DNA from: Candidatus Moraniibacteriota bacterium
Lineage (GTDB): Bacteria; Patescibacteriota; Minisyncoccia; Moranbacterales; UBA2206
Direction of reading: 5' to 3'
Assembly (NCBI GenBank): GCA_030679985.1
Contig: JAUXSI010000026.1
Span: forward strand, 1 to 53,006
Length of the DNA: 53,006 nucleotides
Positions 17,485 through 27,400 of this stretch are shown piece by piece; position 1 is the first letter of the stretch, and each line of letters opens with the position of its first letter. Both the position numbers and the translations under genes were made by a program. The notes beneath the pieces are model-generated. The model saw only the letters and a program-made list of their open reading frames with translations, was not told the DNA's origin and did not search any database.

Positions 17485-18567
17485 ATGGTTTTCGAAAAAC
17501 CGACAATTGCGGGAAAAATCCTCCCCAGTATTGAGCGGGCGAAAGATTTCGGATTTAAGGAAAAAATTGATGCGGACGGCATCAGGGAAATCATCACGAT
17601 TGGTAACGAGAGAAGGGGTGGGTGCCCTTTCTCTTGCCCTGGCTGCGGGGTGCATGACGAAGTTTTTCTAGTTTCCGATAGTTCAAATAGGATGTATATG
17701 CAAGAAGCGTTGAATATCTTGAAAATCAAGCTATCGCAACGGCGGGAGCAGTTTAAAGCAAACGGATATCATCCTTGCATATACAATCAAGGCAATACGA
17801 CCAATAAGGAAGAATTATCCAGAGACAACCTGGCCTTTCTCTTGCGGGGGTTGAGTGAATTGGATCCGCTACCGGAATATGTTTCTTTGAATTCAAGAGG
17901 CGCATTCATCGACTCGGAATTGCTGGACGAAATCAACCGTTTGGGTTTGCCTTTCGGAGTCCACTTTATTATCGGAGTGGAAAGTTTGACAGACAAGGGT
18001 AGCGCCATGTATGGCAAGAAAAATATAGCTCAAGAAATAGCCAAGTTATTCTCAGTTTTGCAAGACAGTAATCGAAGACCAGGGCAAAAACAACTTTTCG
18101 GGATTGATGCCGGATTCGTTTTTTTGCCGGAGTTCTATCTGGCAGAAGGCGAAACAAGACAGGATAAGGAAAAAGTTAAGCAAGGTTTTATCTCGGATGT
18201 AGAAGTATTCATCGACCAGTACGTTGGCAAGGGTGTGCCGGCCAGGATCAATCTGCATCCGTATTACAAAATTCCCAGCTTGCCACAGGAAGATTCTTGC
18301 GAGGCATTCACGGAATTCATGACGGGTGTCATGGCATTGATAGTAGAATTGCGCCAAATCAATAAAAAGTCATCTCCGGAAGAAAAAGCCGCTTTGTTCA
18401 TCGGGTTGCAAGATTCAGGCTATGGAACGGATAAATGGAAGGATGTTTTCGCAGTCTGGGGTGATGTGGTGGATAGATTGAATGCCCTGAAGGACTATGA
18501 CAGTGAAGAATGTTTTGAAATCATAACTGAGATAATCCAGATTATGGAAAAAGATCTGGTGAAATAA
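17485..18567 (+). CDS. Radical SAM protein, RaSEA/TIGR01210-like
   Basis: CPFSCPGC (CxxxCxxC) at 17623-17646; YNQGN, LNSRG.FI, IGVES, INLHP. ATG lies 1 bp after the upstream stop. Confidence 0.8.
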   Translation: MVFEKPTIAGKILPSIERAKDFGFKEKIDADGIREIITIGNERRGGCPFSCPGCGVHDEVFLVSDSSNRMYMQEALNILKIKLSQRREQFKANGYHPCIYNQGNTTNKEELSRDNLAFLLRGLSELDPLPEYVSLNSRGAFIDSELLDEINRLGLPFGVHFIIGVESLTDKGSAMYGKKNIAQEIAKLFSVLQDSNRRPGQKQLFGIDAGFVFLPEFYLAEGETRQDKEKVKQGFISDVEVFIDQYVGKGVPARINLHPYYKIPSLPQEDSCEAFTEFMTGVMALIVELRQINKKSSPEEKAALFIGLQDSGYGTDKWKDVFAVWGDVVDRLNALKDYDSEECFEIITEIIQIMEKDLVK

Positions 18568-18600
18568 AAACTGCCAGCATTGTCAGCTAGCGGTTTTTTT
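18566..18600. terminator. Imperfect bidirectional terminator
   Basis: AAAAACTGC.AGC / GCT.GCGGTTTTT between convergent genes. Confidence 0.55.
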
Positions 18601-18616
18601 ATATTCCCTGGGATTT

Positions 18617-19663
18617 TTAGATTTTGAATTCCACCACGTCTCCATCCTGCATCACATAATCTTTGCCTTCAGTGCGGAGAGTCCCCAGTTCGCGGGCTTT
18701 GGACCAAGAGCCGGCTTCGAGAAGTTTGTCCCAGTGGATGATTTCGGCGCGGATGAATTTGTCTTTGAAATCGTTGTGGATGGCGGTGCCGGCCAAGGGC
18801 GCGGTCCAGCCTTTCTGGATGGTCCAAGCGCGAGTTTCTTCCACGCCGGTGGTGAAATAGGTGATGAGACCGAGCAGTTCGTAAGCGCGGACGATGAGCT
18901 CATCAATGTTGGAATGGATATCCATTTCCTGCGCTTCTTCTTTGGTCATTTCGATCAATTCTTCCTCGATTTTAATGTCTAATTTCACATGCTTTTTGCT
19001 TTCCAGTTCCGGGGATAATTCCTGATTAACGTCAGCGACATTGTAGATATATAAGAATGGTTTCATGGTCAAAAGAGAGAGTTCGCGCACTACGATCCTG
19101 GTATTGTCTTCTTCCAGATCCAACACGGTTTCATTAGCGAGTTTGCCAGCTTCAAGGTTGGTATTGATTTTGTTCAAAATTTCCAATTGCTCAGCCGCGC
19201 CTTTTTTGTTGCCGCGCGCGTCTTTTTCCAGACGGACTTTAACTTTTTGGACGGTTTCTAGATCGGCTAAAATCAATTCAGTATTTATAACTTCCATATC
19301 ACCCTCCGGATCAATCTTATTATTGACGTGGATGATTTGGGAATTGTCAAAAACCCGCACCACTTGGGCGATAGCGTCCACTTCACGGATATTGGCCAGA
19401 AACTTATTGCCCAATCCTTCGCCTTCCGAGGCGCCTTTGACGATGCCGGCGATGTCGACGAATTCCACGATAGCCGGAATGATCCGCTTGGTTTGGCTCA
19501 TCGCCGAAAGTTTGTCCAGGCGCTCATCCGGCACTTTGACGATGCCGATATTGGGCTCGATGGTGCAAAAAGGGTAGTTATTGATATCTACCTGGGTTCT
19601 GGTCAGGGCTTTAAAAAGAGTTGATTTTCCGACATTGGGCAGGCCGACGATACCTATTTTCAT
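18617..19663 (-). CDS. ychF: Obg-family ATPase YchF
   Basis: GIVGLPNVGKST, NYPFCTIEPN, DIAG, GEGLGNKFL, TGS domain, EGKDY.MQDGD. Confidence 0.98.
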   Translation of the reverse strand: MKIGIVGLPNVGKSTLFKALTRTQVDINNYPFCTIEPNIGIVKVPDERLDKLSAMSQTKRIIPAIVEFVDIAGIVKGASEGEGLGNKFLANIREVDAIAQVVRVFDNSQIIHVNNKIDPEGDMEVINTELILADLETVQKVKVRLEKDARGNKKGAAEQLEILNKINTNLEAGKLANETVLDLEEDNTRIVVRELSLLTMKPFLYIYNVADVNQELSPELESKKHVKLDIKIEEELIEMTKEEAQEMDIHSNIDELIVRAYELLGLITYFTTGVEETRAWTIQKGWTAPLAGTAIHNDFKDKFIRAEIIHWDKLLEAGSWSKARELGTLRTEGKDYVMQDGDVVEFKI

Positions 19664-19669
19664 GGTTTC

Positions 19670-19709
19670 TACGAATTACGAATTAATACGAATTTACGGA
19701 TGTACGAAT
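19670..19709. repeat. TACGAAT tandem array
   Basis: Five TACG(A/G)AT units at 19670, 19677, 19687, 19695 and 19703. Confidence 0.8.
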
Positions 19710-19740
19710 TTTAGCCCAATTGGACGCTTTAATCAATAGC

Positions 19741-19769
19741 TTGAATGCTCCGGGGGATAGTGCTAGAAT
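19741..19769 (+). promoter_or_regulatory. manB promoter
   Basis: TTGAAT-17 bp-TAGAAT with TGn extension. Confidence 0.7.
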
Positions 19770-19798
19770 GGGGCTATAAAGAAAATAATTAAAAACAT

Positions 19799-21157
19799 AT
19801 GAAAGAATCAATTTTCAAAGCCTATGATATCCGGGGACTTTATCCGAGCGAGATCGGGGAGTTGGAGGTCTATAAGATCGCCCAAGCTTATTGCAAGTTC
19901 GTGAAGCCCAGTACGGTGGTGGTCGGTTCCGATGTGCGGTTGTCTTCGCCCCTGCTCAAACGGGCCGCTATAAAGGCGGTGACGGACGCGGGCGTCAAAG
20001 TGATCGACGTGGGCGAGATCTCGACGGATATGTTGTATTTTTCCGTGGCTAATTATGGTTATGATGGCGGTTTCTCCTTGACGGCTTCACATAATCCCCG
20101 CGAATACAACGGTATGAAATGCGTACGGGAAGAATCGAAACCGATCTCATCCGATAGCGGCTTATTCGAAATCCGCGATATCGCGATGGGGTTGGAAGTG
20201 GATCCGGAAATTTTGCGGGGTGAAATTGATGAGAATCTCGTGGAAAAAAAGGATATCCTCGATGATTATGTCGCTAAAATCAGGACTTTCGCCGATTTTT
20301 CCAAATTCAGGGATTTCAAGATCGTAGCCAATGCCAATTTCGGATTAGCTGGCCGGGCCTTGGACAAACTTTTGGAGGGTACGGATATTTCGGTTGAAAA
20401 ACTGAATTATGAACCGGATGGCAGTTTCCCCAAGGGGCGGCCGGATCCGCTGATTCCGGAAAACCGGGGAGAGACTTCGAATTTGGTGCGCGCGTTCCGG
20501 GCTGATTTCGGAGTGGCTTGGGATGCCGATGCGGACCGCTGCTTTTTCTTTACGGAAAAAGGCGAATTCATCGAGGGTTATTTCGTGACGGCGCTTTTGG
20601 CCAAGATATTTTTACAAAGGCGCAAGGACGAGAAGATAATCCATGATACGCGCCTGACTTGGGCGGTTGAGGATATCGTGGCTAGGAATGGAGGCGTCGA
20701 TGTCCCATCCAAAGCCGGCCATTCCTTCATTAAGGAGCGGATGCGCAAGGAGAATGCCGTGTTCGGCGGTGAAATGAGCGCCCATTATTATTTCCGCGAT
20801 TATTTTTTCTGCGACAATGGGATGATTCCGCTGGTAATGATGATGGAATTTTTGTCCACGCAGAAAAAAACCTTGTCGGAAATCATGCACGAGATGTTTT
20901 GGCGGAAATATTTCGTCAGCGGCGAAATCAATACGTATGTCAATGACGTGCAGGCGGTCGTCGCCAAGGCCAAAGAAATTTATATGCCCGGCGCGGTGAA
21001 AGTCGATGAGACAGACGGCATTTCGATCGATCATGCGGACTGGCGTTTCAACTTCCGCGGATCCAATACCGAACCGCTCATCCGTCTGAATGTCGAAGCC
21101 AAGTCGCAGGAATTGATGGAGCAAAAGACGAAGGAGTTGCTGGAATTGGCCAAATAA
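19799..21157 (+). CDS. manB: Phosphomannomutase/phosphoglucomutase
   Basis: FKAYDIRG, TASHNP, DADADR, GEMSAH, RGSNTEP. Confidence 0.93.
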   Translation: MKESIFKAYDIRGLYPSEIGELEVYKIAQAYCKFVKPSTVVVGSDVRLSSPLLKRAAIKAVTDAGVKVIDVGEISTDMLYFSVANYGYDGGFSLTASHNPREYNGMKCVREESKPISSDSGLFEIRDIAMGLEVDPEILRGEIDENLVEKKDILDDYVAKIRTFADFSKFRDFKIVANANFGLAGRALDKLLEGTDISVEKLNYEPDGSFPKGRPDPLIPENRGETSNLVRAFRADFGVAWDADADRCFFFTEKGEFIEGYFVTALLAKIFLQRRKDEKIIHDTRLTWAVEDIVARNGGVDVPSKAGHSFIKERMRKENAVFGGEMSAHYYFRDYFFCDNGMIPLVMMMEFLSTQKKTLSEIMHEMFWRKYFVSGEINTYVNDVQAVVAKAKEIYMPGAVKVDETDGISIDHADWRFNFRGSNTEPLIRLNVEAKSQELMEQKTKELLELAK

Positions 21158-21172
21158 GATCTATAGCGTGAA

Positions 21173-21216
21173 TAAACGCAAAAACATCCCCTAGTCCGGG
21201 GATGTTTTTGCGTTTA
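21173..21216. terminator. Bidirectional terminator
   Basis: Perfect 19-bp inverted repeat TAAACGCAAAAACATCCCC / GGGGATGTTTTTGCGTTTA. Confidence 0.9.
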
Positions 21217-21223
21217 GTGAGGC

Positions 21224-22207
21224 CTAAATTATAAAACCGAGCTTCTGTTTCACATCGAACATTTTTTGGGCGGCGATAAGGCGGACTTTGGCGGCACCTT
21301 TAGCAAGGATATCCAGGACTTCCTCGTCGCTGATGGCGCCCATCCTTTCCTGGAGAGGCTTCAAGAAACTGACTAATGCGTCAGCCAGGCCGTTTTTGAA
21401 ATCGCCATAACCCTTGCCGGCGTAGAGCTTTTCAATCTCAGCCGGAGTCCGGTCAGCTAGGAGGGAATAAATATTGATTAGGTTTTTTAAAGCCGGTTTG
21501 CTGTCATTATAAATTATTTCACTGCCGGAATCCGTCACGGCTTTTTTGATTTTCTTGCGGATGATTTCTTCCGAATCAGTCAGAGCTATGTAGTTGTATT
21601 CTGATTTAGCAGATTTGCTCATCTTTTTGGTCGGATCATCCAGGCCCATAATCCTCATTCCTTCCTCTTTGATGAAATGTTGCGGAATGATGAAAGTTTC
21701 GCCGAATTTTTTGTTGAAGCGAGCGGCCAAATCACGAGCCAGCTCGATATGCTGTAATTGGTCTTCGCCGACCGGCACGGTTTCCGTATTGTAGAGCAGA
21801 ATATCAGCCGCCATCAAAACCGGGTAATCGAATAGTCCGACACTGGCGCTTTCCCTCCCATTTTTTTGCGATTTGTCCTTGAACTGGGTCATTTTTTCCA
21901 ATTCGGGTATTTTAGCCAGGGTGTTCAGGATCCAAGCTAATTCAGTGTGTTCCGACACATGCGATTGGATGAAGATGGAAGACTTTTTAGGATCGATGCC
22001 GGCGGCCAGATATATCTTGGCGACTTCGATCGTTTTTTGGCGCAGGATTTCCGGATCCTGCGGCACGGTGATGGCGTGCAGGTCTACCACGCAAAAAATC
22101 GAATCATATTCTTCTTGCAATTTGACCCAGTTTTTGATGGCGCCTAAATAGTTGCCGAGGTGCAGGTTGCCGGATGGTTGGATGCCGGAAAAAATCCGTT
22201 GTTTCAT
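21224..22207 (-). CDS. trpS: Tryptophan--tRNA ligase
   Basis: SGIQPSG.LHLGNYLG, YPVLMAADIL, VPVGEDQ, KMSKS. Confidence 0.98.
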   Translation of the reverse strand: MKQRIFSGIQPSGNLHLGNYLGAIKNWVKLQEEYDSIFCVVDLHAITVPQDPEILRQKTIEVAKIYLAAGIDPKKSSIFIQSHVSEHTELAWILNTLAKIPELEKMTQFKDKSQKNGRESASVGLFDYPVLMAADILLYNTETVPVGEDQLQHIELARDLAARFNKKFGETFIIPQHFIKEEGMRIMGLDDPTKKMSKSAKSEYNYIALTDSEEIIRKKIKKAVTDSGSEIIYNDSKPALKNLINIYSLLADRTPAEIEKLYAGKGYGDFKNGLADALVSFLKPLQERMGAISDEEVLDILAKGAAKVRLIAAQKMFDVKQKLGFII

Positions 22208-22300
22208 AAGATTTCCTTTAGCTTTTATATATAAAAATTAGCATTAAAAGCGTCCTTTTGCAAACGGAATATTTTTTTATGGTATAATGAATCTATCGAT

Positions 22301-23362
22301 ATGAAAACAAATAAAAAAATCATTACGACTTTTGCTTGGATGTTTTTTCTGGTCTTGCCGGCCAGTACGAATTATCAATTGAAGGATTACGGCTTCGGGA
22401 CCGGCGGGACGGACAAGTCTTCTTCGAGTAATTATTCCCTGGAGGCGATTACGGGCGAGTTGGGCGGCAGCCAGGCCGCAAGCGCAGGTTACAAGGTCGG
22501 TCCGGGAATGATTTTTACGGGACAAGCCAATGTACCGGCGGCGCCGACTTTCGATAACCCCGGCAATTATTATAATAAATTGCGGATCATCCTTAATCCC
22601 TCCAATAACGCCAGCGATACCAAATTCGCCATCGCTATCAGTACGGATGATTTCATGACGACCGGATATGTGCAAAATGACAGTACGGTCGGGGCGGTTT
22701 TAGGGTTGGAAGATTATCGGACTTATGCCGGCTGGGGAGGCGCGGGTGGAACTTATATAATCGGTTTGGTAGCCGATACGGCCTACAAAGTAAAGGCCAA
22801 AGCGATGCATGGCAGCTTTTCGGAGACGGATTATGGACCAAGCGCGACTGCCGCTACCGATTCCCAAGCGCTTTCCTTTGATCTGGATGTTTCCGCGACT
22901 GATTCGGAAACTAATGCTCCGTATGCGATCGATCTGGGGAGCGTGAATTACGGCGTCGTGATCGACAGTTCGGACAAGGGTTGGGTCGATTTTGCGACTA
23001 ATGGCGAATTGGGCGGAAACGTGACAGTCAGGGGGTTGAATGCCGGACTTTTAAGTCCGACAGCGGCTTATCTGGTCAGTTCTTTGTCGGGAGATCTTGA
23101 TTCGGCGACGGAAGGCTTCGGCCTGCAAGGATCTTCGGTTGCGCAGGATTCCGGCGGACCGTTCATTATGGATGCCTTATACGACCAGGCCGGAAATATT
23201 ATCGGGATAGCGGATGCGACTGACAGGGAAATTTTTTCGTCAGCCAGTCCGGTGGCCGGTGGCCGCGGCGCATTCCTGTTGAAAGTCAAGACATCCGCGG
23301 ATACTCCTTCCGGAGGTGACTATGGCGAAACCTTGACACTGACGGCTACGGTGAATTTCTAA
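22301..23362 (+). CDS. Secreted beta-rich surface protein (Fn3-like + C-terminal WxL/pilin-like domain)
   Basis: Signal peptide; GL..DTAY.VKAKA Fn3-like segment; terminal GDYGETLTLTATVNF; adjacent to a DUF916-like gene. Confidence 0.7.
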   Translation: MKTNKKIITTFAWMFFLVLPASTNYQLKDYGFGTGGTDKSSSSNYSLEAITGELGGSQAASAGYKVGPGMIFTGQANVPAAPTFDNPGNYYNKLRIILNPSNNASDTKFAIAISTDDFMTTGYVQNDSTVGAVLGLEDYRTYAGWGGAGGTYIIGLVADTAYKVKAKAMHGSFSETDYGPSATAATDSQALSFDLDVSATDSETNAPYAIDLGSVNYGVVIDSSDKGWVDFATNGELGGNVTVRGLNAGLLSPTAAYLVSSLSGDLDSATEGFGLQGSSVAQDSGGPFIMDALYDQAGNIIGIADATDREIFSSASPVAGGRGAFLLKVKTSADTPSGGDYGETLTLTATVNF

Positions 23363-23391
23363 TCTTTCCTAAACCCCGGCTGTAGGAAAAT

Positions 23392-24351
23392 ATGCGAATG
23401 GTTATCAAAAAAATAAAAACATATTCATTCTGGGCGTCCGTTTGCTTGCTGTTTTTTGCAAGCCAGCCGGTTTTGGCGGCGGAGAAAAACCCGGGGTTTA
23501 CGCTTTCGCCTTTTTCACAAGAAATAATTATTGAGCCTGGACGGCAAGTGTCCGGTTTTTCCGTTTCGATAGAAAATACGACGGATGCGGAGGCGAGTTT
23601 CCATATTTCGGCGGTTGATTTTTCAATGCGGGATGATTCCGGGAGCGTGACCCTTTTGGAGCCCGATAACCAACCGAGAAAATATGGCTTGGCATCCTGG
23701 ATGGATTTTGATTCGGAGAGGCTGGTGCTTGGACCGGGAGAAAAAAAGAATGTGGATGTTGCGCTAAAAAATGATAGCTCTTTGGCTGTCGGCGGACATT
23801 ACGGCGCGATAGTTTTTAAGATGGAGGGCGCACCGGGATCCGCACCGGTGGCTTTCCAATTGGCCTCGTTGGTTTTCGCGCGGAAAACGGGCGGGGAAGA
23901 ACCGGGAATGGAATTGCAAGGACAGGAATTGCAGACGCGATTTTTGAAAAATCCGGCAGGAGTAAAATTATTTTTTCAAAACACCGGCAATGTCCATCTG
24001 GTTCCGCGGGGAATCGTGCGGGTAATTGATTTTTTCGGCCGGGAAGTGTCGGCGGGAATAATCAATCCGGAGTCGGCGATCATTTTGCCGGAAACTGCCA
24101 GATCTTTTCCGGTCGCGTTCCAAAAATTATCTCCGATGTTTTTTCCAGGACGCTATACCCTTTCGGTGGAATACCGTTTCGACGGGCAGGATGGTTTCGT
24201 AACGCGGAAAACCGGTTTCAATTTAATTCCGATAGGTTCTGCGATTGTTATCGCCAGCGTGATGGCGGTTATTATTGCCGTAAGCCCCATTTTATGGCGT
24301 AAAATCAAAAACAAGAACAAAAAGGCTCAAATAAAAGAGATTCAATCTTGA
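23392..24351 (+). CDS. DUF916/DUF3324-like (WxL-interacting) membrane-anchored protein
   Basis: Signal peptide, LSPF, LASW, L.PGEKK, GGHYGAI.F, NTGNVH..P.G, ILPE..R, GRY; C-terminal TM with basic tail. Confidence 0.8.
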   Translation: MRMVIKKIKTYSFWASVCLLFFASQPVLAAEKNPGFTLSPFSQEIIIEPGRQVSGFSVSIENTTDAEASFHISAVDFSMRDDSGSVTLLEPDNQPRKYGLASWMDFDSERLVLGPGEKKNVDVALKNDSSLAVGGHYGAIVFKMEGAPGSAPVAFQLASLVFARKTGGEEPGMELQGQELQTRFLKNPAGVKLFFQNTGNVHLVPRGIVRVIDFFGREVSAGIINPESAIILPETARSFPVAFQKLSPMFFPGRYTLSVEYRFDGQDGFVTRKTGFNLIPIGSAIVIASVMAVIIAVSPILWRKIKNKNKKAQIKEIQS

Positions 24352-24427
24352 CTTTTGCCTCCTCATAGTGTATAATGAATTTATAGAGCTTGAAGAAAGC
24401 GGGTGAATAACGCCCGTTTTCTTTTTT
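24348..24427 (+). promoter_or_regulatory. Promoter followed by CGGGTGA hairpin and T tract
   Basis: TTGACT-17 bp-TATAAT (24348-24376), then AAGAAAGCGGGTG-AATAA-CGCCCGTTTTCTT and T run. Confidence 0.7.
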
Positions 24428-24450
24428 ATTTACGTTAAAAATCTATTTTT

Positions 24451-27400
24451 ATGGGTCCAGGAAACCTAAAAATAAAAATACTTTTAACCGCTATGCTGAT
24501 TATGCTAGGGGGATTTTTTGTTTTTCAAAAAAGCGCTTCGGCGGCGGCCGGAATCAACAAGACGATAAATTTCCAAGGCAAGGTCGTCAATACGGACGGA
24601 ACTAACGTGGCTGACGCGAATTATGATTTCGTTTTCCGGAGTTATGACCAGCAAGCCCCCGGCGGAACCCTTATCTGGACGGAAAGCAAGTCCTTGGCGG
24701 TGGATGATGGTATTTTTCAAACTAATTTGGGCGATGCATCCGCTTTGCCAGGTTCGGTTGATTTCAATACGGATAATATTTATTTAGGCATCGAATTCAA
24801 TAGTAATGGCGAGATGGCTCCGCGCGTGCAGTTCACAGCCGCGCCGTATGCTTTCAACGCGGACAAGTTGGATGGGCAGGATTGGGAAATTCCGGGGGCG
24901 ATCGGATCGGTGACGCCGAACTCCGGAACGTTTACGGCATTGGGGGTTTTGGAATCCGGAATAGCACCTGTCTTCAAGACTATTTTCCAGGGCGCGGACC
25001 AAGCTTCGGACATCACTTACACGCTTCCGGCAATTTCAGCCGATGGGTTATTAAAAAACGATAGCGGAACACTTTCTTGGGATACGGCGAATTACCTGGT
25101 CAACCCGATGTCGACACTAGGGGACATCATATATGGCGGAATATCCGGCGCGCCGACCCGCTTGGCTGGTTCGGCCGGCTTTTTGACTTCGACTGGCGCG
25201 GCCGCACCGGTTTGGACGGCAGCTACGACTGATTATTTCAACCAATACGCTCTTTTGGAGGGCCGTGCAGGCGGACAAGTATGGATAGGTGGGACGGCGG
25301 CCAATGATATGCTGACTATCCAAGGTAATAGCGCTTCAAGCGGCAATGTCGGAACCAACACGGCAATGTTGTTCAAGGTAGGTGATTCCGGCGCAACTAC
25401 GGCTTTCTCTATCTTGCAGGATGGGACTTTAAATTTTCAAAACAGCGCAACCCAAAATATCCGCATTGAAAATGCCGATGCCAGCGTACTGGCTCCGTCT
25501 TGTGATGGAACATCATTAGGGCGGATGTACTATGACACTTCCGCCGGTTCGGCGTTCGTGTGTATCGAGAGCGCGCCTGGTGTCTATGGCTGGTTCGATT
25601 ATACGACGACCAGCGTCCAATCGAATAAAGTGGTGACGGTAGGAACAGGCGGCGATTTCACTTCCATTTCCGCCGGCGCGGGATATCTGAACGCTTTGGG
25701 CGGCGGAATAATATTGCTGACTCCGGAAACGCACAATGTCACCAGTTCCGTGGATTTGTCCAATATCAACCTGATCGGCGCGAATACCGGCGATACCCGC
25801 ATAAATATCACCGGAAGCGGAGTGTTGCGCGTCAAAGAAACGCAATTCAAATCATTGACGATTTATGTCGATGCGGCAATCGCGTCAGCGGCTGGAATCG
25901 ATGCCAAATATGATGCCGCGACCACAACCTCGGTCATTTTCGAATGGGTGGATTTCATCACTAACGGAACGAAGGTGTTGTTGGACAGCTCCGAAGCCAC
26001 AAGTCCGGTTATCAGGACAAGGTTTATCAGCGTTTCCGCCACTTCAGGCACCCAAAAAATATTATTGCCGCAAGCCACTTCCAATATCGACGCGAGTTCG
26101 ACCAACTTTGTCGAATCGCAAGGCGGCAGCGGTGCGTTGGATTTGGAGGACTGGGATGTTAAAATCGCCGGCTCATCCAATGTGAAAACTTCCGGGACCA
26201 TTACGACCATCCCGGCCAGCACCATATATGTTTATCCGGGTATGAACATCCAAGCCGCGATCAACAGCGTTTCAAGCGGAGGAGTGATCACGCTTTTGCC
26301 GGGAGTGCACAATATCACCAGTACGCTTTTAATCGACCGCAGTGACATCCAGATCCAGGGATATGGCGACTCTTCAATCGTACGTGCCGCGGGCTTTGTC
26401 GGCGGCGACCAAGTGGCCGCGTTCCACATCGGATCTCTGGACGGCGCTGTTCCCCAAGACGGAGTGGTGTTGAAGGATTTCCGTTTGGAAGTTTCCGGCA
26501 CCGGCGCCAGCGACATTCACGGTATCCGGGTAGCCGGCGGCGAAGACAATCAGATTTTGAACATATCTGTCGTCAAAACAGCCGGCGCCAGCGGTACGGG
26601 AGCCGGAGCCAGAATCGGTATTTTTATGCTTGACGGGACTGCTGAAAAATTGGCCCGTCCGGTAATCAAAGGCTGCCGCGTTTTGGGCGACTCCGCGGTG
26701 ACGGCGTATTTTACCGACGGAATTCATGTGACTGGCGGCGCCGGATATGGCGTCGGGTCGGGAGTGTGGACCAACGGCCAGGGCGTTGACGGGGCGTTGG
26801 TGGATGGAAACTATGTCGATTATGTGCGGGAAACGGTGGCGGTTTTCGTCGGGACCAACAACAGTTCACTTTTCAATAACCGGTTCACGCGTATGGGCGC
26901 GGGCGGCGGCGGAGCTTTCGGTGTGTTTATGGGTAATGCGTCCAATGTCAATATGACAGCCAATGTGGTCAGTACTTCCCTTTCGACGGCTTCTTCCGGA
27001 ATCGTCATAGACGGTTTGGACTCGGGTAGTTTGAAACAAATGACCGATTCGGCATTCACTTCCAATACGGTCGACGGCTCGGCCAATGGCGGAGTGGGAT
27101 TCGCGACCGGCGTGGTAATCGGAGCGGCGGCCAATACCGGATTTCATCGCAATCTATTCACGAATAACATAATTAACGGCGCTTCCGATCTGGTGACGGT
27201 GGCGATCAGGATCACCGGAAATGCGGATGACAATAATTTTTCCAATAATTCCATAAATGGAATCAATAATGCTTGGGATACCGGAATCAATATCGTTTCA
27301 AACACCGCTGATCGCAATTTCATCGGCAAGAACGCGTTTATCAATGTGACGGCAACAGTAGCCGATGCCGGTATCGCGACCCAATTGAATGTGACCCAGC

